DNA of 64,000 nucleotides from Amphiscolops sp. MND2022. Its lineage: Eukaryota. Shown one piece after another: positions 52,065 through 63,539 of the stretch. The notes below the pieces were generated by a model. That model saw only the letters and a list, made by a program, of their open reading frames with translations. It did no database searches and was not told the DNA's origin. Each line of letters opens with the position of its first letter. Position 1 is the stretch's first letter. The stretch is taken from the NCBI GenBank assembly GCA_964187785.1, contig OZ076409.1, forward strand, positions 82,834,001 to 82,898,000, written 5' to 3'. The translations under genes were made by a program, and so were the position numbers.

Positions 52065-55000
52065 TTACATATTCTCAACAGCTGAAAAAGCGTGTTGCAA
52101 GTCATCAATGAGATCATCAGTGTCTTCTAATCCGACAGATAATCTAATCAATTGGTCGGAGATTCCGAGAACTTCTCTCTCATTGGGGGGCACGGAAGCG
52201 TGAGTCATGACACATGGCAGCTCAATAAGACTTTCAAACCCTCCCAGACTTTCAGCAAGAGTGAATAAGTGACAATTGGCGATGAATTTCTTGGAGGTTT
52301 CCACATTGCCCTGGAACAACCAAAGTTATCAAGGAAAATGAACGCAAACCAGTACCAATCAAAACTGCATCCAAGATATTAATTCATCACCAGACTTGCG
52401 GGTGCAGAAAAAGCCCCTGAATTTGCAGATTCGAGAACAATAAATGACAGCAACTAACCGCAATGAGCAAAAAGTACAATTATTTCCGCAAGACAAGATG
52501 CCAAAATCCCAAATTAATTGCGTGCTCATTATCTATTTTTGATTCCTTTTTTAGTGTTCGCCATTGCTGCTTTCGATTTCTACTTCATTCGTGTTCCCAA
52601 ATTTCCCAAGTTCACACTGCGTAATTTTCATTCAAGATTTTTTACAACAAACTATTTGTATAGAGATAACGCCTCTTATTGTTTGTGACACGTAATCGTT
52701 CACTCAAAAAATTAACAAGACATTTAGACGACTCTTTTTAGCAAACGAACTGTTAATTGCTAGTGGTCATTGCTTTGCTAGTATATGTAATACAACTAAA
52801 CTCTACCTTTATCCAAAACGTGACCATGCCAGAGTTTCCGGTACATTGCTTCGCGTGGATGTCAGCGCCTGGATACGACTCCAGACCCGGATGACGAACT
52901 TTATCAACCATCGGATGCTTCTCCAGAAATTGCGCAACTTTCAGCGCATTGGCATTATGTCGCTCCATTCTGAGATGCAGAGTCTTCAGACCTCTGTTGG
53001 CCATATAACAATCAAAAGGAGCAGGAACAGCTCCACATGAGTTCTGCAGGAAGCGAAGTTTGGCTGCTAACTCGTCATTATTGGTGAGCAACACTCCCAT
53101 TATTACGTCACCGTGGCCATTGATGTATTTCGAAACAGAGTGCATTGAAATATCGGCTCCGAACTTCAGTGGTTTCTGATTGTATGGCGACATGAAAGTG
53201 TTGTCGACAACAAAGATGGTGTCTTGGTTCGAGAGTTTTTTCTTGATGATGTTTGCACATGCTTGAATGTCTACACATTTCATTGTTGGGTTTGTGGGAG
53301 TCTCGATCCATACAATTCGTGTTTTCTCATTCAAAGCGTCTTCCAGACTTTTGAGGTTTGTGCAGTCCACCATTCGGATCTTGACTCCGTTCGGTTTGAA
53401 AACTCGGTTCATGAGACGGTTCGTTCCTCCGTACACGTCATCCATACACACAACCTGAATGGATATGTGTTCAGACACTACGAAATCGACAGATTATGCA
53501 ACAATTCTTCGCATTGCTCTAACTTTTTTATTTGGTCCAATACATTAGGTTATTTTTAAAGCAAACTACGCTTTTCTGTGAAGTCTTGAAAGTATGACCC
53601 GCCATAGCATCTCTTGAAAATTATAGTTTTAAAATCTTCTGTTTTTAAATCAATTTTTTTGCGAGGATGTGAGAGTAAACTATGAGTTATAAACATTTTC
53701 TTAGAAAGCAATACTTAAAATTCAAAGCACTTGAATCATGCTTTTGTACAAGATGAAAATTACGTAAACAGCAGAAGTGCACGAACTTTGTTTTCATTAG
53801 AAAGCTGTTTTTTTCAAAACCCTTATCGACTGAAAACTTAGTTAGTGTTTCAGTGAAATTACAGCTTACGCAAAAATTTTAATAGCTTGAATTTTTCCGC
53901 ACCAATACAACACGTTTGCGTAGAACATTTTTGGTGCATGCTTTTCATTAATGACGGCCGTATTTTTTACTTCGATAACATATTTCAGATTTAGTATAAG
54001 TTATAATAACGACTATAAATAAATTTTATGAGAAAAGAGTGGCAGAATAAAAACTTCATAAATTCGACGTTTCGTCAACTTCTGTTGACATTATCAAGAA
54101 AATCTGAAAAATAGCAAAAATTAAACAAATTTCATCAGTGCATCATCAAAAAAAAAGGCAGAAACAAAGAACATCAATTTAAAATACACGCAGAGGAATA
54201 GAGTCCGTCTGAGTGTTAAGATCACATTTTTGGTGTTTTATGTGATATGCCTCGGTGAAGAGCAGAGACCTCCAACTGGACGACTTCTTGAGGATGCTGA
54301 AACACTCAAGATGAGTCTCAAAAGTTGGTCTTACATCGTGAAACATCAGATGATCAAAAATCACTGACGATGAGCCATCTTTACGCTCGGCAATGTGTTC
54401 TCGGACTCTCTGGAACAAATGACGCCTTGTGACACCTACGTAGCGGGATTCACAACCCGTCTGCGGACACTTGAACATGTAGGTGACACCGCCGCTGTTT
54501 ACGACTTTCGGCTTGGCTTCAGGAAGCCTAACCAGAGACCCAACACTCGTCGATGTAAAAACCAGACCAGGACATTCAGTGTTGACACGCCTGCAAAGGG
54601 CTGAAAAGGACGAAATAAGGCGCTTCTTCGCACTTTCACCTTTGTAGGGCAACACCAACGGGACCAACTTGGATTTCTCTTTCTGAGTTGACGATTCCGG
54701 ACCCAGACGACGCGTCAGAAAGTGACGAACCTGGCTTCCAAGGACACATTCATCATAACCCAGTTGTGTCAGGCACTTCACTGATCTCTCGATCTCTTCG
54801 TGGAAACCTGTCCAGGACGATGACAAGGCGAACGCTCGGTGACAAAGCATCGGCATGAGGTTCCGCTTGTATTTCTCGTCACAAAACGACTGGGAATGTA
54901 AAAATACGCCTTTGTCGCAACTTTTGTGGTAAACGGACGTTGAAAAACCCGTTTTTGACATGACAACAGTGACACCAATGAACGGAATAGAACTATCGAC

Positions 55001-58000
55001 AGAAAACTCGCACGTAAACTGAATGGCTGGATGAAATCTGTTCAAACGTTCCAGAAACAGTTGAACGTGGGTTGGGTCTGAGAATAGTAGAAATGTGTCA
55101 TCCACATATCAGACATAGAACACAGGGAAGAAATTATGGTTCTCGACGAACACGCTGATTTCCAGGAAACCAAGATAAAAATTCGCAAAGAGCGGTCCGA
55201 GAGGAGAACCCATTGAAACCCCGTCTATTTGCTCATACAAAACTCCGTCAAAAGTGAAGAGCATGTTAACAGTGGCCTTTTCCAACAGCAGCTGCAAGTC
55301 GCGTCTCTGGAGACGAATACCCTGGTCTTCGAAGAAACTAGACTCTCCAGAGGTGTCAAAAACAGCATCCAAAATGACTTGAATCGTCTCGCCGACTGGA
55401 ACGTTCGTGAAAAGTGAGACCACGTCAAACGAAACCATAGTTTCTGCACTTGGGACGTCATCCAGCATATCCACGAAATCAAAAGCACTGTCAACTGTGT
55501 GTTTCGCAGGGATGAGTGGTTGTAAGATCGAATTCAACCACTTCGCCAGCTTGAAATTGTAAGTGCCAGTAGCACTCAGAACAGGTCTCAGGGGGACTCC
55601 TTGTTTGTGCAGTTTTGGCAGACCGTACATGTGTGCCAATCTGGAACCATGGGGACGAATCTCGTTACGTACATCGTTAGGCAACTTCTCTTTCATCGAC
55701 GTAAGTACGCGGTCAAGATCTGCCTCTTTCTGAAGGAGCGGGTGGGAGACCAAGGGCTTGCGTCCTCTGGTTGGTTTGTCAGCGTCAATCACGCGAAATT
55801 TCGTTACATCGTCTAGGATCTTCATCATTTTGTCAACATAGTTAGCCCTGTCCATGACAACGACGCCACTGCCTTTGTCTGGCTTTGAAATAACGATATC
55901 TTTGTTATTTCGCAGTCTGCGGATCGCTGAACTCTCTAACTTCGACATCGACGGAGTTCTAGCGTTGCAGTATTGATACGCCAGATCGCCCAGGCCGTTC
56001 AAGAACTCATTGTGCAACACCAACGGGACCAACTTGGATTTCTCTTTCTGAGTTGACGATTCCGGACCCAGACGACGCGTCAGAAAGTGACGAACCTGGC
56101 TTCCAAGGACACATTCATCATAACCCAGTTGTGTCAGGCACTTCACTGATCTCTCGATCTCTCGTGGAAACCTGTCCTAGGACGATGACAAGGCGAACGC
56201 TCGGTGACAAAGCATCGGCATGAGGCACGAAATNNNNNNNNNNNNNNNNNNNNNNNNNNNNNNNNNNNNNNNNNNNNNNNNNNNNNNNNNNNNNNNNNNN
56301 NNNNNNNNNNNNNNNNNNNNNNNNNNNNNNNNNNNNNNNNNNNNNNNNNNNNNNNNNNNNNNNNNNNNNNNNNNNNNNNNNNNNNNNNNNNNNNNNNNNN
56401 NNNNNNNNNNNNNNNNNNNNNNNNNNNNNNNNNAAGGACACATTCATCATAACCCAGTTGTGTCAGGCACTTCACTGATCTCTCGATCTCTTCGTGGAAA
56501 CCTGTCTAGGACGATGACAAGGCGAACGCTCGGTGACAAAGCATCGGCATGAGGCACGAAATTTCTTCGTCACCTCATGCCGATGCTTTGTCACCGAGCG
56601 TTCGCCTTGTCATCGTCCTGGACAGGTTTCCACGGAGATCGAGAGATCAGTGAAGTGCCTGACACAACTGGGTTATGATGAATGTGTCCTTGGAAGCCAG
56701 GTTCGTCACTTTCTGACGCGTCGTCTGGGTCCGGAATCGTCAGCTCAGAAAGAGAAATCCAAGTTGGTCCCGTTGGTGTTGCACAATGAGTTCTTGAACG
56801 GCCTGGGCGATCTGGCGTATCAATACTGCAACGCTAGAACTCCGTCGATGTCGAAGTTAGAGAGTTCAGCGATCCGCAGACTGCGAAATAACAAAGATAT
56901 CGTTATTTCAAAGCCAGACAAAGGCAGTGGCGTCGTTGTCATGGACAGGGCTAACTATGTTGACAAAATGATGAAGATCCTAGACGATGTAACGAAATTT
57001 CGCGTGATTGACGCTGACAAACCAACCAGAGGACGCAAGCCCTTGGTCTCCCACCCGCTCCTTCAGAAAGAGGCAGATCTTGACCGCGTACTTACGTCGA
57101 TGAAAGAGAAGTTGCCTAACGATGTACGTAACGAGATTCGTCCCCATGGTTCCAGATTGGCACACATGTACGGTCTGCCAAAACTGCACAAACAAGGAGT
57201 CCCCCTGAGACCTGTTCTGAGTGCTACTGGCACTTACAATTTCAAGCTGGCGAAGTGGTTGAATTCGATCTTACAACCACTCATCCCTGCGAAACACACA
57301 GTTGACAGTGCTTTTGATTTCGTGGATATGCTGGATGACGTCCCAAGTGCAGAAACTATGGTTTCGTTTGACGTGGTCTCACTTTTCACGAACGTTCCAG
57401 TCGGCGAGACGATTCAAGTCATTTTGGATGCTGTTTTTGACACCTCTGGAGAGTCTAGTTTCCTCGAAGACCAGGGTATTCGTCTCCAGAGACGCGACTT
57501 GCAGCTGCTGTTGGAAAAGGCCACTGTTAACATGCTCTTCACTTTTGACGGAGTTTTGTATGAGCAAATAGACGGGGTTTCAATGGGTTCTCCTCTCGGA
57601 CCGCTCTTTGCGAATTTTTATCTTGGTTTCCTGGAAATCAGCGTGTTCGCCGAGAACCATAATTTCTTCCCTGTGTTCTATGTCTGATATGTGGATGACA
57701 CATTTCTACTATTCTCAGACCCAACCCACGTTCAACTGTTTCTGGAACGTTTGAACAGATTTCATCCAGCCATTCAGTTTACGTGCGAGTTTTCTGTCGA
57801 TAGTTCTATTCCGTTCATTGGTGTCACTGTTGTCATGTCAAAAACGGGTTTTTCAACGTCCGTTTACCACAAAAGTTGCGACAAAGGCGTATTTTTACAT
57901 TCCCAGTCGTTTTGTGACGAGAAATACAAGCGGAACCTCATGCCGATGCTTTGTCACCGAGCGTTCGCCTTGTCATCGTCCTGGACAGGTTTCCACGAAG

Positions 58001-59587
58001 AGATCGAGAGATCAGTGAAGTGCCTGACACAACTGGGTTATGATGAATGTGTCCTTGGAAGCCAGGTTCGTCACTTTCTGACGCGTCGTCTGGGTCCGGA
58101 ATCGTCAACTCAGAAAGAGAAATCCAAGTTGGTCCCGTTGGTGTTGCCCTACAAAGGTGAAAGTGCGAAGAAGCGCCTTATTTCGTCCTTTTCAGCCCTT
58201 TGCAGGCGTGTCAACACTGAATGTCCTGGTCTGGTTTTTACATCGACGAGTGTTGGGTCTCTGGTTAGGCTTCCTGAAGCCAAGCCGAAAGTCGTAAACA
58301 GCGGCGGTGTCACCTACATGTTCAAGTGTCCGCAGACGGGTTGTGAATCCCGCTACGTAGGTGTCACAAGGCGTCATTTGTTCCAGAGAGTCCGAGAACA
58401 CCTTGCCGAGCGTAAAGATGGCTCATCGTCAGTGATTTTTGATCATCTGATGTTTCACGATGTAAGACCAACTTTTGAGACTCATCTTGAGTGTTTCAGC
58501 ATCCTCAAGAAGTCGTCCAGTTGGAGGTCTCTGCTCTTCACCGAGGCATATCACATAAAACACCAAAAATGAAGTTTTTATTCTGCCACTCTTTTCTCAT
58601 AAAGTTGTTTTGTGGCTCCCGCATTTTCAATATAAATAAATTGCCTATACCAAACTTCATTCAAAATGGGACAACTAGCAACAATGTAGATTATTCGCAT
58701 ATCATGAATACTCGTCTTGCAGCATGAATTTTCTTCTCTATGACAATTCTACATATGAATGATGACGTAATATTTACCTCTTCTCCGTCGTTGAGAATGT
58801 GGAGAAGAGTTGTAGTCGAAGCCAGTCCACTGGCAAAAGCCAGACAGTGTTTAGCCCCCTCTACCCCGGCCACACAATCTTCAAATACTTTCCGCGTAGG
58901 GTTCCCACTTCGGCTGTAATCGAACCCAGCATGGGAAAGTTCAGCGGGACCCTTCTGAGCAAAGGTCGTCGACAAACTAACAGTGTATTCGGATGTCCAA
59001 ATATTTAAATTGCAAAATGTCTCTTACTATACACTTTCATTCAATCAGTTTTATAAAATTTGCGATGCTTCAGTTCTATAGAAGGAATATATTTGCGGTT
59101 GAGAAAATACCGCAAATGTTTTTTCATTTTGCATACTCTGGTATTTTGGATGTTTTTTTGCCAGAAATTTGGCAAGAACTGGACGTATTCATCAAGATAT
59201 TTTTGTTGGTATATGGTTAACAAGAGCATGTTAATCTAATTCATTCCCCTTTCATAAAAGCTTTTCATAGGGTGGTAATATAAAACCTCTAATTAAACCC
59301 ACAGCTGAGTGTTTTCTGCAACGTTTCCGAAACAATTGGCTGCCAGGGCATCAACTTTTTTCGTCAATTTACCTTATGATCTTACCGTGATTTGACATAC
59401 AGAATCTTGTAATTTACTATACTGAAATTTTTGCTGCGAACTATTTCGCAACAGTATCTTGGGCATCCCTTATAGGGGGTACAACGGCCGCATAGTTCCA
59501 CTGCCAAGGATCCTGGCCGCAATGAATGGCCCGGGTTCCAACACCTTGATCGTCGTATGAAGCAGAACCAGATTGCTGAGCAGACAT
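52065..59587 (-). CDS. CTH: Cystathionine gamma-lyase, 4 exons (59587-59469, 58976-58778, 53454-52807, 52310-52065), 403 aa
   Basis: TRAIHCGQDPWQW..AVVPPISLSTTFAQ, DYSRSGNPTR, AFASGLA, DDVYGGTNR, WIETPTNP, VVDNTF, PLP-lysine motif HSVSKYINGHGD, LAESLGGFESL, LIRLSVGLED. Introns 2 and 3 are GT-AG; intron 1 reads GG-AG. Confidence 0.93.
54025..56233 (-). mobile_element. Penelope-like element copy A (RT plus GIY-YIG endonuclease), 5'-rearranged, in CTH intron 2
   Basis: KPDKGSG, YGLPKLHK, SFDVVSLFTNVP, GVSMGSPLGP, *YVDD (TGA at 55109-55111), endonuclease GVTYMFKC..C..RYVGVT.R.L..R..EH..EA..I..LNTQ. Confidence 0.93.
54061..54104 (-). ncRNA. Minimal type I hammerhead ribozyme in the Penelope 3' region
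   Basis: Minus strand reads UUUUC-UUGAUAA-U-GUCAAC-AGAA-GUUGAC-GAAA-CGUC-GAA: core with a U3:A8 pair, 6-bp stem II and palindromic ACGU stem III. Confidence 0.7.
56570..58603 (+). mobile_element. Penelope-like element copy B, inverted relative to copy A; 3' end deleted
   Basis: Near-identical to copy A, including the TGA at 57685-57687. The ORF end (HQK) is joined directly to the 35-bp tail, so the last codons and the hammerhead are missing. Confidence 0.93.
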
Positions 59588-60216
59588 TATGCCACGTTAC
59601 TCTAACCGAAACCAACAACTTTAACGACGGATGACGTTGTTTATAGCCCGAATTGTTCGTTCTCTGTGTGACACTTTAGATTCATTTGCACTTGTTGCTT
59701 AATCTGCTGTTTTGAAGTCGTTAACATACACCTTTCTTCTTTGATCTTACCTTAAAATTCTGCCCATAAAACTGAAAGTATTGATTTTTCTAATCTCCAA
59801 ATCGTAAACGTCACCAAATTTATCAATTTGTCAAATTTGGCGTCTTATCGACCAGGGACAGTAATGAGCATACCACAGATAACGTCAAACGCTTGACGTC
59901 AGAGTAGACCAAAGACTATGTTCGTTAATCATAGACAAAGTGACCTCAGAAAGATCTAGAGAGTTCAACAATCCTTCTGTCACCGGAAATGCTTCTAAAG
60001 AATCAGTGATAATTCTGTGTTGATGACTGATCACCAATTATAGAAGAGGAACTGAGAGTTCCAGACGTTGTTCCTTTCGGAAGAGCTTTTCAGACACGAT
60101 CGATTAGCTTGACACGCTTGTCGATGCATATTGTGATCAAGTCGTTTTTTGAGAACAGTTGAAGTCATATTGATTATACTTTGCAACAACAACCTGTTTT
60201 CGCTTCATGAATTTCC

Positions 60217-60675
60217 GGGGGCATGACAATTCGTACACACGACATCTCGTACAAAAACCAAAACCAGACATTTCGTACAAAAGCGAAACCAGACATTTCG
60301 TACAAAAACGAAACCAGACATTTCGTACAAAAATGAAACCCGACATTTCGTGCAATTTATATTATACAACTTATTATTATAACGTAGTCAGCTATGTTCA
60401 CATACCCCGAGTGCCCTAAATGCAGGAGCGAAGCGACGTGCCATTTGGCCATGCCTCAATGTTGCTACTTGGCGAAGGGAGCGAAGCGACCGAGCCGAGC
60501 CATACAACATATATGCTAATTGAATCTTTAATTGAATCTAGTTCCATACATATTGACTGTAACAGCATTGAAAGCTAGTAATTCTGTTGTTTGAGACCTA
60601 TTTTGCAAATCTGTTCAATTTAATTTTGTACGAAATGTCTTTTGTACGAAATGTCCGGTTTCATTTTTGTACCCT
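60217..60675. mobile_element. MITE-like element with terminal arrays of GACATTTCGTACAAAA in inverted orientation
   Basis: About 5 tandem ~23-bp units at 60228-60355, inverted units at 60625-60672, and internal GAGCGAAGCGA motifs. Confidence 0.6.
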
Positions 60676-60906
60676 AAGGCAAAAAAATCAAATCAATACA
60701 ATCCTCTTTCATTACGTAATTACTATTTGATGAAAAAATACTCAATTGCTTTAAAAATTGATGGTCAAGTATTTCATATTGGGTAATCAAAGAATGCAGC
60801 TCCAAATTGTACATCGAATTTGCTTTTATTCAATATTAATAATCATCTTGAATATAAATCAAGGTACATTTCCCGAGTTTTAGAAAATCAACATTCCTTC
60901 GACTAA

Positions 60907-61534
60907 TCAGTCGGGAAAGAGAGCCGGAGATGTTCCGCCGAAGTTTCCTTCCCAGAACTTCACTATCATGTAGTACGTGATGATGTCATAGGCTTTTGTC
61001 CACGCCTCCGCAGATTCGGCATTAGCTCTATCTCCCAGGCGCTTCTGAATGTTTCCAACCAACCGAATGCCCATTTTCTAAATATAATTCGAACTGAAAG
61101 CAATCAAGTTCAATGATATAATGCACTTAACTAATACTTCTATGATATCTATGAAATAACCAACGTTTCGAGGTGAGAAAAACATAGATCAAGCAGATAA
61201 ACTGAAATGAGGTGACGTTTCACTGTGCAAGGCTTTGACGAATCCTCTTAGCAGTAAGAAAAACCTAATTAAATTTCTCTTGAGTAACAACCGTTGAAAA
61301 AAACTTACTTCATAGTAGTGAAACTGGACATTCTTTTTGTTGTGGAGACCCCCAAGGCCTTTCAAACGGCCTTGTTGCTGATCGATATCCTCTAAATTAC
61401 CCATACAGGTGACCCAAACTTCTCCGATAGCTTTTACATGCTTCCTGAATCCAGGTCTGTTGCGATGCTCTTCGGCTGAGATATGGGGATCCGCCCATGA
61501 AAAGGTTTTATTCACTCCGGGCACTGCCAAAAAC
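60907..61534 (-). CDS. Globin 3, exons 2-3 (61534-61309, 61077-60907); exon 1 not identified
   Basis: FLAVPGVNKTFSWADPHISAEEHRNRPGFRKHVKAIGEVWVTCMGNLEDIDQQQGRLKGLGGLHNKKNVQFHYYE|KMGIRLVGNIQKRLGDRANAESAEAWTKAYDIITYYMIVKFWEGNFGGTSPALFPD*. Exon 2 is 226 nt, as in the paralogues; GT-AG intron at G7.0. Confidence 0.85.
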
Positions 61535-62586
61535 CTTAACAGCACCAAGAATATTCAAAGGATAACGAAATGAAATTGCATATTTCCTTGGTATTTTCTT
61601 CAAAAAAGCCGATTTTTCGATATTCCCTAATTTATTTGATACAAAATTTTTGCATACAATCATTTCAAAGCGAAACTCTCCTTTTCATCTGATTTCTTCT
61701 CTCTTGGATCTTAGAGAAAATATCAGTTTCAAAAGATACATGACCTGTACAAATCGATTCTAAAATATCAAACAATTGATTCTACGAGTAACCAAGTCAA
61801 GAAAGCGAATCAATTTACTGAGAAAAAATCATTTATAATCCATTAAAATTTCAAAACCTTTGTGGCAATAATTGATGCAATAAAAGAAGGATGAACTAGA
61901 GATGAACAGACGCAAGAGAGGAACCTGTTTGAAAGAAAAAGCAACTTCTATATAATGAAAATAGCCTTCGAGAAAGGGCTACTCTTTCATACTCAAAAAG
62001 ACGGATCAAACTAATTGATCACCAAGGGAAAAAGGCGAGCATTTCAAGGCAAAAATGAACGAATTGAAGGACTTGTTCAATTGATTCTTTTGATTGGCAT
62101 TCTTTATTCTTAAGAACTGAAGATTCCCTGGGGAGGAGATCCTTGCAAAAAATTATCAAAAATTTTCAAGAAGAAATTATGCATATGAATTTCCTGTCAC
62201 AGCAAAAAACTCTTAATCAAAAGAAACCCACCGCAGGGATTTGACACCCTTTTTCGTCGATTACCGATCGGCGAAATAAATTTAGAAGCATTAGTGAGAA
62301 AAATCCATTTCAATTGTCAAAACAATACACGGCAAAAATCTGATATCAAAAATGTTCATGCAAAACTCGAGTGAATACTCAAGGTGTCAGATATTCTGAA
62401 GACACCGACAAACCCAGGATATTTTTAAAAATCGTATGGACAGTTTTTGAGAAATTTGAAATTTTCATGAAAAGTCGGGAGAAAAAAACGACACGATTGC
62501 ATAAGTAGACGAAAATTTTTTCCGACTCCTAAAAACTACAGGCTAATTCCTTTGGCACACGACAGGTAACAACTGTTTCCTTTACA

Positions 62587-63490
62587 ATGGAAATCTTGCC
62601 AAAACAATTGACAGCTGGCCAAAAGGGCGTTCTCTCAAAAGAAGGCTTTTCCGAAAATCTTCATTTGAGCTTTTTATACGAGCTTCTTATGTAAGAAATT
62701 GCGCGGAATAACTCGGCGATAAACAGTCGTTTAACTCATCTAAAAGTGACATTTTTGCATATCGATTATGAAACAAAACCTAGAGAATTGGCTACACCTA
62801 AATCAAAATTAAAGGTAGTTATAGTTCAATTGGGAACAATGCCAGAGAAAATGAGCAGAAAAATTGGGAAGAATGGCTCTGAAAATCGTATTATTGCATT
62901 TACGCCACAGACATTTCCCTACATTGGAATCAAAACGCGGAAATCGGCGCCATTCGAAGGATTTAAGGAACATAATTTCTTCATGACTTCAAAGATGCAT
63001 AATCATTTCACAGGTAAACCTTGTTTGGAAGCACAAAAATCAAAAACATTTGAGAAACAAGATTTTTACCAGCATGAACTTCTCGGCATTTTGATGTTGA
63101 GAAAAAAAAAAGAAAATTTAACGATATCAAATACTTTGGTAAAATTTTCCTCGACAGTTGTAAAAACGGCTTACGCTTAGCACTGTTTAGTGAACCTAGA
63201 TTCGCTACTGTCAACTGGTCTTTTCTTTCAAACAACCGATTTCCCATTGAAGCATCTGGGACTGACACCTTAGCTGTCATAATAAGACAGTAACAATGGC
63301 CGGTGACAACAAAAAAGTATGAAAACGGTGCAACTGTAGCTTAGCATTAGAAAAAGGCATTGGGAAATTTTCTTTTGTTCGTGAGAAAGACTTCGAAAAC
63401 TAGGAGGAAGAATTGCGCCTTCGCACATTGGATGAAGGTGGAAATTAACTTGTCTGAAAGAATTGGATGAAAGAATAGAACCTAGAAGAA
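62587..63490 (+). pseudogene. Probable decayed fourth globin, divergent from globin 3
   Basis: Exon-1-like MEILPKQLTAGQKGVL..YELL with a phase-2 GTAAGA donor at 62691; exon-2-like TFPY..GFKEH..DFYQ; exon-3-like KLGGRIA..HIG*RWKLTC..WMKE* from 63397. Confidence 0.45.
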
Positions 63491-63539
63491 CTGCTGTCAA
63501 TTTTTCCATTAATCCCATCGCAAGTCACTTTAATACTGC

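Noticed and set aside
55109..55111. Selenocysteine or programmed readthrough at the Penelope TGA
   Set aside because: The position corresponds to a conserved Arg (CGA), so CpG decay is simpler; no readthrough context or SECIS was recognised.
56104..56563. Third short tandem Penelope fragment around the gap
   Set aside because: 56104-56233 and 56434-56563 are the same sequence on either side of the N run, most likely an unmerged contig overlap.
60228..60355. Regular ~23-bp repeats resembling a CRISPR array
   Set aside because: No unique spacers and no cas genes; eukaryotic context; inverted copies at 60625-60672 point to a MITE end.
62746..63180. 144-aa ORF as an independent gene
   Set aside because: Non-ATG start, and it is better explained as partly overlapping a decayed globin exon.
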